64,000 nucleotides of DNA from Planctomycetota bacterium (GTDB taxonomy: Bacteria; Planctomycetota; SZUA-567; H5-PLA8). This document shows, piece after piece, positions 7,701 to 17,309 of the stretch. Every line of letters starts with the position of its first letter. Positions within the stretch are counted from its first letter, which is position 1. The notes below the pieces were generated by a model. The model saw only the letters and a list, made by a program, of their open reading frames with translations, was not told the DNA's origin and ran no database searches. The translations under genes and the position numbers were made by a program. Location: the NCBI GenBank assembly GCA_038227875.1, contig JBBRPR010000025.1, positions 1-64,000 on the forward strand, written 5' to 3'.

Positions 7701-10426
7701 TCGCTTGCCGTCACGTCTCCAGCGGCCACCGCGGTGAAATTAACCGTGGGGACAATGGTGAGCGTGAACGATTTCGTATTCGCCAGACCCTGGCCGTCCG
7801 AGTAACTGGCCAACACCGTGAATGTGTACGCACCTGCGGTGGTCGGGGTGCCCGAAACCAGTCCGGCGCCACTGATGTTCAGGCCCGGCGGCAAGGAACC
7901 GGTGAGAATCGAAAACGTGGCCGATCCCGTAGCCGTGCCGGTCGACTCAGTCGCGGTGAGCTGTTGCGAGTAGGTCGAGTTGACCACAGTGCTGGGGAAC
8001 GATCCAAAAATAGTGACAACAGGAGTACCGATGTTGACGAGGTCGGCGCGGGACTTCTGCAGATTTTGCGGTTCGTCCTTGGCCTCCAAGCCGTCTCCGT
8101 AGAAATCCACCGTGCCATTGTCGCTCAGCAGCCACAGTTGAGGATTGGTGGACAGGTGACCCGCCGGCAGCGGCGCAAGAATGCCTTCTGGGGTCATTCC
8201 CGCCTGGTTGAGCGCGGTGATGTTGTTGAGCATGATCGCCGGATGACCGCTGATCCCGTCCCAGGTGAAGAGGCGGAAGTCCTTGGTATTGGCCGGGTCA
8301 CCGGTCGATCCGCCGATGATCAGGTATTCGTCGAAACTGTTACGGACGATGTCGCGAACACCGCGGCCGCCGAGATCCAATTCAATCGGCGCGTTGAACG
8401 TGGGCGCTGTGCCAAGCGCCGACGTGGTGCCGGGCGTCCCGGAAGTGCAGGCGGGATCGTTGACCGCGGCCGAACCCAGCGACGTGGCCATGGTCGAGAA
8501 ATTCGAAATCGAAAGCACCAGCGCGTGTTTGCCGGTACCCACGATCGGCGCGCGGAAGGCCATGAACGCGGCCGTCAAACTCGAGGGCAGGGGCGCGAGT
8601 CCCTCAAGGTCGTAGCCCGTATCCAGTTTCGGATTGCCAACGGAACTGGTGAACAGCCCATAGTGATCGATACCCAGTCCATGGACGTTGGTGTGGTCCC
8701 AATTAATGATTTGATTGCGCAAATTGTCGTACCGTCCGGCGAAAGTCAGCGTGGTCGACGTCCCTGTTCCGGCAAGATCCACCGCGAACAATCGCCCTCG
8801 ATTCGGCGCCAGCAAATTGCTGGAATCGTTGCTCTGCGAACCCATGTAGTAGGCGCGCGTACCGATCAGCATCAAGCCTTCGAAGTCGCACTCCTTGTTC
8901 AGCACGGGCAGGTTCAGCGGCGCGCCCGTGCCCGGCGAAAAATCGGTCGGCGTGATGATCGGGTAACTGGACTGGCGGATGTCGTAGACGTACTTGTTGT
9001 TCGGTGGTTCGTCGTCAGCGATGATGAACGTATTTGGATCGCCGGGGACAGTGACCGCGCCAGAGGCGTTACTCATGCCGTAAAAGTAACGCGTCGTGGT
9101 TCCGAGCGTTGGGACGCCGGCGGTGCTGTGCGTGGAGGAGTTGAGTCCGGAGGCTCCGTAGTGGATCACGCTGCTGGCATTGTTGGCCGGAACGGTTGGG
9201 TCGGCGGCTGTGATCGAAATGTCGGAGAAACCCACCGCCGGTGGCGTCACTTTCACCGTCACGTTGTTGCCGTTGGTGGTGAAGACAATGTTGGCGAGCG
9301 GCGCCACAACCGTATCGCTGGAGGTCACGGTGAATTTCAACTGCGACGTCGTGACCGCGCCGGGATTCACCGTAAACGTATAGGTCGGATTCTGAGGATC
9401 GCCGATGGCGCCGGAGAGATATGTGGGGAGCCCCGTGAAGGCGACCTGGCTGGAATCTGCGATCGTCACCGGTGCGGAATTACCAACGGAGTAGCTGGGG
9501 TCGGGGGTGATAATCAACGAGACAGTTTCCGGGCCCTCTGGCAGTCCGTCTGGGTTCGGCGTGATCGTTTGATCCACGGAGGAAGCGCCAATGGGAATCG
9601 TAACCGTGCCCGTCAGCGACTCTGTGTAGTCGGAGTTGGACGCCTGGCCGGGACCGGTGGCAACCGTGTAGTTCACAGTCAAGGAACTGGTGAGAACACC
9701 GGTGCGAGCGAACCGGAGCGTACCGGCGACAGGACCGACCTCGGATGCTGCGGCGGCTGCGGCATTGATCGACCCAATCGAGACGATGGGCAGCGAGGGT
9801 TGCGTGATCGTTCCTGGCGATCCAGTCTCCGAGCCATCAAATGATTTGGACGCGCCGTTGGTTCCCACCACACTCAATGTCGAGATGACCGGAAGGGGAG
9901 TGGTCGTGCTTCCAATTCCTGCACTGTTATCAAAAGTAGTGCCGTTGGTGGACCCGTTGAACGCGACACCTGTCTGTCGCACGCCGGTGGAGTCAAAGAT
10001 ATTCACATGATCGGCCCCCGTGGACAATCCCACGCCGGCGCCGCTATACGTGCCAATAGTAAAGCTTGCAGGAATAGTGGTTCCGAACCAGGCATACTTA
10101 AAAGCATCGGTGACCGTAGAGGCACTGAGACCAGATCCCACCTCAACGAAAACAACCGATTGACCCGCAGCGATGGAGGTCACGCCGGCGAGGGGAACCG
10201 ACGACGCAAACGCATCAGAGTTATCGTCCATCCTCCAGCCCGTGATATCGATGGCCGCGCCGGTGGTATTCGTCAGTTCAAACCAATCTGCCCCGTACGT
10301 GCCGTTGCCGCTGCCAGAGGGATGAACCTCCGAAATAACGATCGGCGTAGCTCCCATCGCGGAGGAGGCGAACGCCAACACCATCGCCGCTGCAATCAGT
10401 CCCAATTCCTTCGTGCGTAGAAACAT
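4790..10426 (-). CDS. Large secreted multidomain protein: lamin-tail domain, Calx-beta/Ig-like, DUF3616-like propeller, PhoD alkaline-phosphatase domain, cadherin-like and PKD domains
   Basis: Signal peptide; ISEV...DWFELTN (LTD); VAAGDVT..VILWTR, CGDTMY, DNHE, DDRSY, LGATQLAWL, SWMGGYRAER, DDH (PhoD); WDFGDG...HTYASAGTY (PKD). Confidence 0.8.
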   Translation of the reverse strand: MFLRTKELGLIAAAMVLAFASSAMGATPIVISEVHPSGSGNGTYGADWFELTNTTGAAIDITGWRMDDNSDAFASSVPLAGVTSIAAGQSVVFVEVGSGLSASTVTDAFKYAWFGTTIPASFTIGTYSGAGVGLSTGADHVNIFDSTGVRQTGVAFNGSTNGTTFDNSAGIGSTTTPLPVISTLSVVGTNGASKSFDGSETGSPGTITQPSLPIVSIGSINAAAAAASEVGPVAGTLRFARTGVLTSSLTVNYTVATGPGQASNSDYTESLTGTVTIPIGASSVDQTITPNPDGLPEGPETVSLIITPDPSYSVGNSAPVTIADSSQVAFTGLPTYLSGAIGDPQNPTYTFTVNPGAVTTSQLKFTVTSSDTVVAPLANIVFTTNGNNVTVKVTPPAVGFSDISITAADPTVPANNASSVIHYGASGLNSSTHSTAGVPTLGTTTRYFYGMSNASGAVTVPGDPNTFIIADDEPPNNKYVYDIRQSSYPIITPTDFSPGTGAPLNLPVLNKECDFEGLMLIGTRAYYMGSQSNDSSNLLAPNRGRLFAVDLAGTGTSTTLTFAGRYDNLRNQIINWDHTNVHGLGIDHYGLFTSSVGNPKLDTGYDLEGLAPLPSSLTAAFMAFRAPIVGTGKHALVLSISNFSTMATSLGSAAVNDPACTSGTPGTTSALGTAPTFNAPIELDLGGRGVRDIVRNSFDEYLIIGGSTGDPANTKDFRLFTWDGISGHPAIMLNNITALNQAGMTPEGILAPLPAGHLSTNPQLWLLSDNGTVDFYGDGLEAKDEPQNLQKSRADLVNIGTPVVTIFGSFPSTVVNSTYSQQLTATESTGTATGSATFSILTGSLPPGLNISGAGLVSGTPTTAGAYTFTVLASYSDGQGLANTKSFTLTIVPTVNFTAVAAGDVTASDVILWTRIQEAGSVLLTAQLSKDPNFVTFTTAIGTTDPIQDNTVKINPTGLTSGARYFYRFVGPNGELSTVGTFKTAYAANVKAAVHFAFSGDADGKWRPFPLVANIAAQQLDFFEFCGDTMYENANTPASGTAPASGVVTAPEVNSAQTLADLRRKYRENITAVTTNGNAGLKNFFAAQANYTLLDNHELCSNVGTGQYQCGGAPQFTPDNPGVAYAPSNTTYDANTTGNYANKTAGFIACQQAFRNYEPIREHIINAPGDPRSNGTQQMYNAQQWGKNLLFVNTDDRSYADIRMNVTTARADNPLRTRLGATQLAWLEQALLNAQTSGTPWKIVTVSDPIDQQGPIGGALANGATDSAKSWMGGYRAERNALLKFIADNKITNVVFLATDDHQNRVNEILYVPDPVNAPTAYAYVPSCFSVVAGPIGASGPEMVVTDHSLGSLKAIADLFANQQKAAGVNPIGLDPAYPGLHDVVRENDPNSDTLRQPIDFYSPDTFNYATLDISSDGKTLTVSTFGINAYFGNGVASQAPNNVPPFREPSVTGPERQILSFQVDANVSAISLAASGGSGNAGSAIPLTITPTLASSFPQTVNVTISGVPATSTLSAGTNAGGGVWNLTSAQLPGLKLTSSVAGNIPLTVTATDLDGSNLAIGAATANLSVTVTANPVPIAFNGNLTVTGTTATTGTLNAMDPDGEALTFAIVANGAKGTATVTNTSTGAFTYTATAEVAASTTDTFTFKASDANGTSNVATVTVTILPSPTAPTGNATVMTTGTILTGSTVQFSAGTSSPNSVFYVWDFGDGTQGFGVTPNHTYASAGTYTVTMTPYNSQGIAGTPVTMQVVIAAAVPPAINTTAFNGKFSKTGKATFKLSVALPAGTAVGSVVTVKINTFSASFANVVAKKSNHSSSGTLKTNGQNLDFVLKGDASALFGTPLPTTGSKTVNLTVNTTTFVATPAFSTKGTTTSFK

Positions 10427-10663
10427 TTATTCTCCCGAGGCAATCGCCTCTGCTCGCTCAAACGCTGTGATGCGGAAGAACTCGAATTCGATGAAGTGAA
10501 CTCGCGCAGAGTACGCCGTGACTTTGAGCTTCGTGTGTCCGCTCTATGTTTGTTTCTTAAAGTTGAAGAAACTTTTCGCGATTCGTGGAGAGGCAGATGG
10601 GTTTTGGCTTTGCTTCAAAGTATACGAAATGGCGCGCCGCGAAAATTAACAGGATCCTAAAAT

Positions 10664-11593
10664 TCAACGGCGCCGTTTGGGCGCGCTGGCGCGGAGCGTG
10701 GCTTTGTGTTCTTCCAATTCTTCCAGAGTTTTCGGCCAATCACCTTTCAGCAGCCGCGAGAGCGCGCGGTCGGCGAGGAGTTTTCCATGCGTCTGGCACG
10801 TCGGGCAATAGTTACTTTCGTTCTCCGCGTAGACGATGCGCTGAATCGGCGTTCCGCAGACGGGACACGGTTTGCCGAAGCGGCCGTGTACCGCCATACC
10901 CGGCCGAAACGCCGTCACGTCTTTCGGAAAGTCGTCGCCGGTTTCGGCGCGCAAGGTGGCGATCCAGTGCTGCATGGTGTCCTGCGTCGCGTCGAGCAAG
11001 TGCCCGGCATCGGCGAAGCTCAGGGAATTCGTACGCGTGGTCGGCGACATTTTGGCGCGGTGCAGAATCTCATCGGAGTACGCGTTGCCAATGCCACTGA
11101 ACAGGCGCGGATCGGTCAGCGCTCGTTTGAGCGTCCGGTTTTCGCGCTTGAGCGCCGAGACGAATTGATCGCGCGTGGCGGTCAGCACTTCCAGTCTGCC
11201 ACGCGAATGTTCCTCGAGCGCAGCTTCGCCGCGGACGAGATGGAGCGACGCGCGCTTGGTGGTGCTCGCTTCGGTAATGAGCAGCGTGCCGGTCGAAAAA
11301 TCGATCGCGCCAAGCCCGATCTTGCCGACGATTTTCGCGCCCTTCTCCATCCAGCGCAGCCGTCCGGCGATCATCAAATGAATGACGAGAAAAAGTTCAT
11401 CTTCGAGACAAAAAACGATGCGCTTGCCGAGCCGGCGCAGCGCCATTACGCGCTTGCCCAATGCGGCGGAGATAGGCGGATCGTACGAGCGCAGCAGAAA
11501 TGGGCTGGCCAGGCGCACGTGGTCGAGCGTCGCGCCGAGAACGCGACGGTCGAGTGCTTCAATGTAGATCGTAATGTCCGGCAATTCCGGCAT
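10664..11593 (-). CDS. Fpg/Nei-family DNA glycosylase/AP lyase
   Basis: N-terminal MPELP, HLMIAG, H2TH GIGNAYSDEIL, zinc finger CPVC...CPTCQ. Confidence 0.92.
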   Translation of the reverse strand: MPELPDITIYIEALDRRVLGATLDHVRLASPFLLRSYDPPISAALGKRVMALRRLGKRIVFCLEDELFLVIHLMIAGRLRWMEKGAKIVGKIGLGAIDFSTGTLLITEASTTKRASLHLVRGEAALEEHSRGRLEVLTATRDQFVSALKRENRTLKRALTDPRLFSGIGNAYSDEILHRAKMSPTTRTNSLSFADAGHLLDATQDTMQHWIATLRAETGDDFPKDVTAFRPGMAVHGRFGKPCPVCGTPIQRIVYAENESNYCPTCQTHGKLLADRALSRLLKGDWPKTLEELEEHKATLRASAPKRRR

Positions 11594-11738
11594 GGAATAC
11601 GTCTAACGGAAGCGACGCTGCACAGCAACCGCGCACGTCGATATGTCTGGCAAGTTTCGGTTCAAGTTTCGTCTAATGCATCTATGCTTCACACAGTCTC
11701 AATCTGAAGTGTCCATCTTCGGCCTGACAGGAATTACT

Positions 11739-14507
11739 ATGCCTCGAATTACCCGTGTGATTGCGACTGCGCTCTTGCTTGTTTTCGTTTCTTCCACACA
11801 CGCCGCTGAAAGTCCAACGCCCGCGAAACCGGACAAGACTGAAACGCCGGTCGCCGCGCTGCGAACCGCTTCGTTTGCGGCAATCAAGGCCGTGTTGGAC
11901 AAAGCACCGATCAAAGATGTGCCGTGGAACATGGGGGCAACGGCCGACAAGGCAGTCTTTGATAAACTCGACGAATCGCACCAGACTCTGCACGCCGCGT
12001 TCAGCGGCCTGAACATCGACCTCAAGTGGAACAGTCTCGACAACAAGCAAGTCGCCGCGATTCTCCGCGCGGCTGGATGGTCCGGCGACACCATCGACGC
12101 CGATCTCCTTGCACTAAGCGCCGTGCTGCTCGACGCCGATGGCCAGAGCGACGCGGCGGCCGCGATGATCAACCGCGCCAGTTTGAAAGATGCGAAAGTT
12201 TCCGCGGCGTACGAGGCGCTTGCAAAAAAGTACGGCGTCCAAGCTGCGGCGAAGCCCGCTCCAGTTCATGCCGCGCCGACGAATTCAAACACGCCGTCGA
12301 GCAGTTCCGCACCCACACCGCCACCGAGCGCGTGGGAACCCAGCGGCTTATCCGGCGGCGGCTCGATCTTTTCGCCGGCGATCAGTCCCGTCGATCCGAA
12401 AATGGTGATGGTCAACTGCGACATGGGATCCGCTTACATCTCCTATGACAGCGGCGCGAAGTGGCACATGATTCACTACAGCCAACTGCGCTCCAATACG
12501 CGCTGCAAGCCCGCGTTTCATCCCACCGATGTAAACACGATCTTCGCCAGCGCCGGCTGGTCCGGCATGAAAGTCTCCCACGATCGCGGTCAGCATTGGG
12601 AGAATGTCGCCGGTTGCAGCGCGAATTTGCGCGGCGAGATCGCCGTCGATCCGGGCAATCCGGCGCTGATGCTGGCCGGCGCCACCGATGGCGTCTGGCG
12701 CTCAATGGACGCCGGCGTCACGTGGAAAAAATCCGACGGGACGAAGGGCGAGCCCATCGGCTTCCATTTCGATCAGACCAGCCCGGCGGACAAGCGTATC
12801 TGCATCTGCGCGACCAACAGCGGCATCTTCCGCTCCGACGACGCCGGCGCGACATGGTCGGCGAAAGCGAAGGGGCTCCCGGGATCCAGCGTCGTCTGTT
12901 TCTCGGGCGGCTCGAGCGCCAAGGACAAACTCGTGATGCTCTACTGCGCGGTGCCGAGCAAGGACGAGGGCGGAAAATTCACGGGCGGCGTGTACCGCTC
13001 ATCGGACCGCGGCGAAAATTGGGAATCGGCAATGGGCGCGGGCATCAATGTCGACACCAAGGCCGCCGACCAATGGTCGATGGGGCCGATTCCGCAGTAC
13101 AAACAAGTGCTGACCACCAACGCAAAGCCGAACACCGTTTACGCCATGAACACCAACACCGGCATCTATCCGCCGCATCACACGGCCGTTTTTCGTTCCG
13201 ATGACGCAGGTAAAAATTGGCAGGCCACGTTTTATCCCGATCAGCGCTTCAAGCAGCTCAACGTCGCGCACGATTACATGACTGTGCCGTCCGGCCAATT
13301 TTATCAGGGCGAAGCCTACGGCGCGGCGATTGCCCTTAACAATCCCGATGTACTCCTGCAGACCGACGCCGGTCGCGTGTTCCTCACCACCGATGGCGGA
13401 AAAGATTGGCTGAGCGCTTACACGACGCCCGCGCCGGGTGCTGCACCGCCGGACAAGAAAACGACCTGGCTGAACGATGGCTTGGTCGTGACGTCGACGT
13501 GGAATTACTACATCGACCCGTTCGAAGCGAATCGGCACTACATCTGTTACACGGACATCGGCTTCGCCACGTCGCAGGACGCCGGAAAAAGCTGGCAATG
13601 GTGGGGCAGCGGCGCACACGCACCGTGGGAGAACACTTGCTACGAACTGGCCATCGATCCGAAAATTCCCGGCAAGATCTGGGGCGCATTTTCAGATGTA
13701 CACGACATCCCCAACGGCAACATCATCAACGGCGGTCACAATCCCAACGGCGGCGGTGGCGTGTGTCTCAGCACTGATTTCGCGCAGAGCTGGAAGACAT
13801 CGAATAGCGGGCTCCCTGTCGCGCCGGCGCTGGGAATTGTGCTCGACCCGGCGAGCCCTCCGGGCAACCGCACGCTTTATGCGGGAGTTTTCGGGCAGGG
13901 CGTTTTCAAATCGACCGACGATGGAAAATCGTGGACGCGCAAAAGCCAGGGCCTCGGTGCGGCCGCCGACATGCGCGTCTCGAAAATCGTGCTCCATCCG
14001 GACGGCACGCTCTTTGCCGTGGTCACCGCATTAAAGCAGGGCGGCAAATTCGTGAGCGATGGCGTGGGGATATACCGCTCCAAGGACAAGGCGGAGACGT
14101 GGGAAAAGATCAATGCCAGCCAGGCCTTCCTCTGGCCCAAGGATCTCACTGCCGATCCGAAGGACAGCAAAATTCTGTACGTGGGCGTGGCGGATGCCGA
14201 CGATCAGAGCGGCGGGCTCTGGCGTACGCTCGACGGCGGCGCGACGTGGAAGAAAATCCTGCGACAAGGCTCGCAGCACTTCGGCGCGTTCCTGCACCCC
14301 AAGCATCCCGGCTGGATCTACGCAACGCTGGCCGAAGGCGCGTACACGTCCGGCCTGTGGCTGAGCAAAAACAACGGCGAAACGTTTACGCCGATCAACG
14401 ATCTTCCTTTCAGTACCGTCCAACGCATCGCGTTTGATCCGGCGAAGGACAATGTCATTTACGCGATCACCTTTGGCGGGAGCATTTGGAAGGGGCCGGC
14501 GGAGTAA
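11739..14507 (+). CDS. Secreted BNR/Asp-box beta-propeller protein (GH74/VPS10-like)
   Basis: Signal peptide from ATG 11739 (ORF open from 11643); many SxDxGxTW repeats. Confidence 0.8.
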   Translation: MPRITRVIATALLLVFVSSTHAAESPTPAKPDKTETPVAALRTASFAAIKAVLDKAPIKDVPWNMGATADKAVFDKLDESHQTLHAAFSGLNIDLKWNSLDNKQVAAILRAAGWSGDTIDADLLALSAVLLDADGQSDAAAAMINRASLKDAKVSAAYEALAKKYGVQAAAKPAPVHAAPTNSNTPSSSSAPTPPPSAWEPSGLSGGGSIFSPAISPVDPKMVMVNCDMGSAYISYDSGAKWHMIHYSQLRSNTRCKPAFHPTDVNTIFASAGWSGMKVSHDRGQHWENVAGCSANLRGEIAVDPGNPALMLAGATDGVWRSMDAGVTWKKSDGTKGEPIGFHFDQTSPADKRICICATNSGIFRSDDAGATWSAKAKGLPGSSVVCFSGGSSAKDKLVMLYCAVPSKDEGGKFTGGVYRSSDRGENWESAMGAGINVDTKAADQWSMGPIPQYKQVLTTNAKPNTVYAMNTNTGIYPPHHTAVFRSDDAGKNWQATFYPDQRFKQLNVAHDYMTVPSGQFYQGEAYGAAIALNNPDVLLQTDAGRVFLTTDGGKDWLSAYTTPAPGAAPPDKKTTWLNDGLVVTSTWNYYIDPFEANRHYICYTDIGFATSQDAGKSWQWWGSGAHAPWENTCYELAIDPKIPGKIWGAFSDVHDIPNGNIINGGHNPNGGGGVCLSTDFAQSWKTSNSGLPVAPALGIVLDPASPPGNRTLYAGVFGQGVFKSTDDGKSWTRKSQGLGAAADMRVSKIVLHPDGTLFAVVTALKQGGKFVSDGVGIYRSKDKAETWEKINASQAFLWPKDLTADPKDSKILYVGVADADDQSGGLWRTLDGGATWKKILRQGSQHFGAFLHPKHPGWIYATLAEGAYTSGLWLSKNNGETFTPINDLPFSTVQRIAFDPAKDNVIYAITFGGSIWKGPAE

Positions 14508-14657
14508 TGCGTCCTCGCATTGCGTACCGAGATCGCGAAGGATTCGACATGGACGAGCGGAGGCTTTCTCCCAATTAAAGACACTGCACGCCCATGGCAC
14601 AGTGCAGCGTTCCGTAATTGCCATCCCCCGCCACGCCCTTAGCATTATCCACACATC

Positions 14658-15878
14658 ATGCTGATCGCTGGGTTCTACTTCTTCTACTTCCTCGCCGCAG
14701 GGTTGCTCGTCCCATTTCTTCCGCCGTATCTAAAACAGACGCTCGGATTTGACGGCACGCAGGTCGCCACGATTTCGGCGCTCGCATACGCCGGCATGAT
14801 TTTCATTCCGCCGATCTGGGGCATGATCTCCGACCGCACGCGCCAGCCGGCCAAGTTGCTCAAAATCGCCAGCTTCATCACCGCCGTTTCGTTCGTGCCG
14901 ATGCTTTGGGCCAAATCGTATGCGGCCGTGATTGTCGTGATGGGTGTGTACGCGCTGGCCATCGCGCCGATCACGACGCTGGCCGATACCGTCTGCGTCT
15001 TCGAAGCGCGGCGCATCGGCACTGAGTACGGCCGCTTGCGAATGTGGGGCTCGTTCGGGTACGTCGTCAGCGGCACCCTGTTCAGCGCCTATGTCAACCG
15101 GACCGGACGCGACGCCGACGTGGTCCCGCTCTCACTGCTGATGATCGTCGGATACGCCGTGGTCTCCGCGCTGAATAATCCGCCGCTGGCGGAAGCCCGC
15201 CATTCGCCGCCCACGCTTCACGACGCGCGGCGCCTGTTGATGCGCCCGTCGTTCGCGCTGTTTCTGGGCGCGGAGTTCATCCACTGGACGGCGCTCTCCG
15301 CGTACTACTTGCTGTTCACAATTCACATGACCGACCTGCACGCCAAGCAGTACATGTGGATCACGGTCATGATTTCCGTCGCGACCGAGATGCTGCTGAT
15401 GTGGACCTTCGGCAGCATTCGCCGCCGCGTGCCGGTGATGGTGATCCTGGTGGTGGCGAGTGTCGTCAGCAGCGCGCGCTGGCTGCTGGTCTCGCAAATG
15501 ACCGACGGTGTTGCCGTGGCCGCGCTGCAGGGATTGCACTGCTTCTCGTTCGCCGCGTGTTACGTGGGCTCAATTACCTATATGGAACGCGCGGTGCCGA
15601 CGCCGCTGCTCGCCACGGGCCGAGCACTGTTTTCGTCGCTGGTGATGGGTCTCGGTGGCGTCGTCGGCACGATGCTCGCCGGCCGGCAGTACGACATCGG
15701 CCACGGCCAGCGCGCGTATTTCGTTTCTGGAATTCTGGAACTCGGCACGCCCGTGCTGCTCCTGGCGTCGTGGCTTGCGGCGAAGAAATGGGACGACGTC
15801 AAAGCGCAGGAAGCGGCAGCGCTCCCGCCGATGGCCGCCGATGCCGCAGTCGCATCAGTCGCTACCGACGTAGTCTGA
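14658..15878 (+). CDS. MFS transporter (MFS_1-like/HcaT-like)
   Basis: About 12 hydrophobic segments; WGMISDR and YGRLRMWGSFGY motifs. Confidence 0.88.
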   Translation: MLIAGFYFFYFLAAGLLVPFLPPYLKQTLGFDGTQVATISALAYAGMIFIPPIWGMISDRTRQPAKLLKIASFITAVSFVPMLWAKSYAAVIVVMGVYALAIAPITTLADTVCVFEARRIGTEYGRLRMWGSFGYVVSGTLFSAYVNRTGRDADVVPLSLLMIVGYAVVSALNNPPLAEARHSPPTLHDARRLLMRPSFALFLGAEFIHWTALSAYYLLFTIHMTDLHAKQYMWITVMISVATEMLLMWTFGSIRRRVPVMVILVVASVVSSARWLLVSQMTDGVAVAALQGLHCFSFAACYVGSITYMERAVPTPLLATGRALFSSLVMGLGGVVGTMLAGRQYDIGHGQRAYFVSGILELGTPVLLLASWLAAKKWDDVKAQEAAALPPMAADAAVASVATDVV

Positions 15879-15917
15879 GCGACTCATTCATCATTCATAG
15901 TTCATCGTTACGAGTAA

Positions 15918-16006
15918 CGGAAGGTGTGGGGTTCGAACCCACTTGCCCCGAATGAGGGCTGGAGATTAGCAATCTCCCCCGGCGCGCCATTCTCCGGCGA
16001 CCTTCC
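15918..16006 (-). tRNA. tRNA-Ser(GCT)
   Basis: Anticodon arm GGAGA-TT GCT AA-TCTCC, long variable arm, GGTTCGAACCC, G73. Confidence 0.9.
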
Positions 16007-16022
16007 AGATTTTATCCTGCTG

Positions 16023-16050
16023 AGGACTCGGGCCACGTGGCCCGAGTCCT
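16023..16050. repeat. Perfect 28-bp palindrome in a tRNA spacer
   Basis: aggactcgggccac|gtggcccgagtcct. Confidence 0.85.
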
Positions 16051-16068
16051 ATTTCACAATATATTTTA

Positions 16069-16156
16069 CGGAGGACAGAGGACTTGAACCCCACTCCCTC
16101 TAGGGGAGCATACCGTTTTCGAGACGGTCTCGGCGCGCCTGTCCGATTTATCCTCC
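16069..16156 (-). tRNA. tRNA-Ser(CGA)
   Basis: ACCGT-CT CGA AA-ACGGT, long variable arm, GGTTCAAGTCC, G73. Confidence 0.9.
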
Positions 16157-16231
16157 AGAAATACGTCCAGTGTTCGAGGCGGCGCTGCATTCTGGATCTG
16201 CAGCGCCGCAGCTTCACGTTTCTGTTGCGAC

Positions 16232-16822
16232 CTACTCCTTCAATTCCGCATTCCAGTACGCGTCGGAGACAAACTTCTCCCAACTTGCGCGGTACGGGAT
16301 GCGTGCGAGGACCAGCTTTGGCGTCCACGTCGGCTTGCACGGCGCCTTGAAGAGCGTTACGCCAGCCTCCGCGGGCGTGCGATTGGCCTTCTTGAAATTG
16401 CACTTCACGCACGCCACCACGCAGTTGTTCCACGTCGACGTACCGCCGCGCGAACGCGGTTGAACGTGATCGATGGTCAGTTCCTGTGTGCCAGGCTTCA
16501 CGCCGCAGTACTGGCACATGTAGCGGTCGCGGCGGTAGAGATTGCTGCGCGAAAACGCCACGCCGCGGACGGGAACTTCGCCGTACTTCGCCAGCACGAT
16601 CACCTCCGGCACGGGAATTTCCAGCGTCGCTGTGCGCACGCAGCGCTCACCTTCAGCGACGCGCAGCTGCGACCAGGAATCAAAATCGTGGAGCGAGTAA
16701 TCGTCGGACTTGATTACGCGCGCCGAGCCGTCGTAGACCTTGGTGAGCGCGTTGAGCACGGTGGTGATATCCACCGGAACCCAATTGCGATTCAATACCA
16801 GAGTCGCATCTTCAAGAACCAC
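16232..16822 (-). CDS. HNH endonuclease (McrA/HNH_5-like) inside the tRNA array
   Basis: RRDRYMCQYCG...TIDHVQPRSRGG...WNNCVVACVKCNFKK; AGGAGG SD before the GTG start. Confidence 0.92.
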   Translation of the reverse strand: MVLEDATLVLNRNWVPVDITTVLNALTKVYDGSARVIKSDDYSLHDFDSWSQLRVAEGERCVRTATLEIPVPEVIVLAKYGEVPVRGVAFSRSNLYRRDRYMCQYCGVKPGTQELTIDHVQPRSRGGTSTWNNCVVACVKCNFKKANRTPAEAGVTLFKAPCKPTWTPKLVLARIPYRASWEKFVSDAYWNAELKE

Positions 16823-16941
16823 AATCCCCTCCTGAAATGTCGAAGTGCGAATGTCGATTGTCCAATCGCAAGCGCGACAATTCTCGTCCCTGGTTTACTG
16901 ACTTTACTTCACTCCCTTACCACACGTTTCGTACTTCAATT

Positions 16942-17015
16942 TGGCAGAGCGTTAGGGAGTTCAACCCCACCGCAAGGTTTTGGAGGCCTCGCAGGTCCGC
17001 CGACCGTCACGCTCT
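16942..17015 (-). tRNA. tRNA-Trp(CCA), atypical
   Basis: GAGGC-CT CCA AA-ACCTT; T-loop TTGAACT; encoded CCA. Confidence 0.8.
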
Positions 17016-17102
17016 AGCGAATGTTGAAGGATGAATGTCGAATCTCGAATTCACCCAACTCACTTCTTACTCAGTCCTCGGCCCTCAGTCCTTTCGTACA
17101 GA

Positions 17103-17183
17103 TGGAGGCGTGAGGAATCGAACCTCATCAGCCCTGACGGGCGCTCGATTTACAGTCGAGCTCGGCTCCCAGGCCACGTCTCC
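17103..17183 (-). tRNA. tRNA-Tyr(GTA)
   Basis: CTCGA-CT GTA AA-TCGAG, long variable arm, GGTTCGATTCC. Confidence 0.88.
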
Positions 17184-17203
17184 AAACTTTTCGACGTTCC
17201 AAG

Positions 17204-17275
17204 TCCGCCCGCTGGGAATCGCACCCAGACCTCGACTTCCGCAAAATCGCGTGCGGTCTGTTACACTACGGGCGA
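17204..17275 (-). tRNA. tRNA-Arg(GCG), rare anticodon
   Basis: CGATT-TT GCG GA-AGTCG; T-loop TGCGATT; acceptor TCGCCCG/CGGGCGG. Confidence 0.78.
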
Positions 17276-17309
17276 AAAACTTGCGGTCCTTTCCTTCTCG
17301 ATTGTTAAG

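Noticed and set aside
4979..9844. 1621-aa plus-strand ORF and similar long antisense ORFs (732-2483, 45726-47651, 51309-53045)
   Set aside because: Shadow ORFs opposite well-supported genes, typical of high-GC codon usage.
10430..10660. Pho box upstream of the PhoD-domain gene
   Set aside because: Only weak 11-bp periodicity; no convincing direct repeat.
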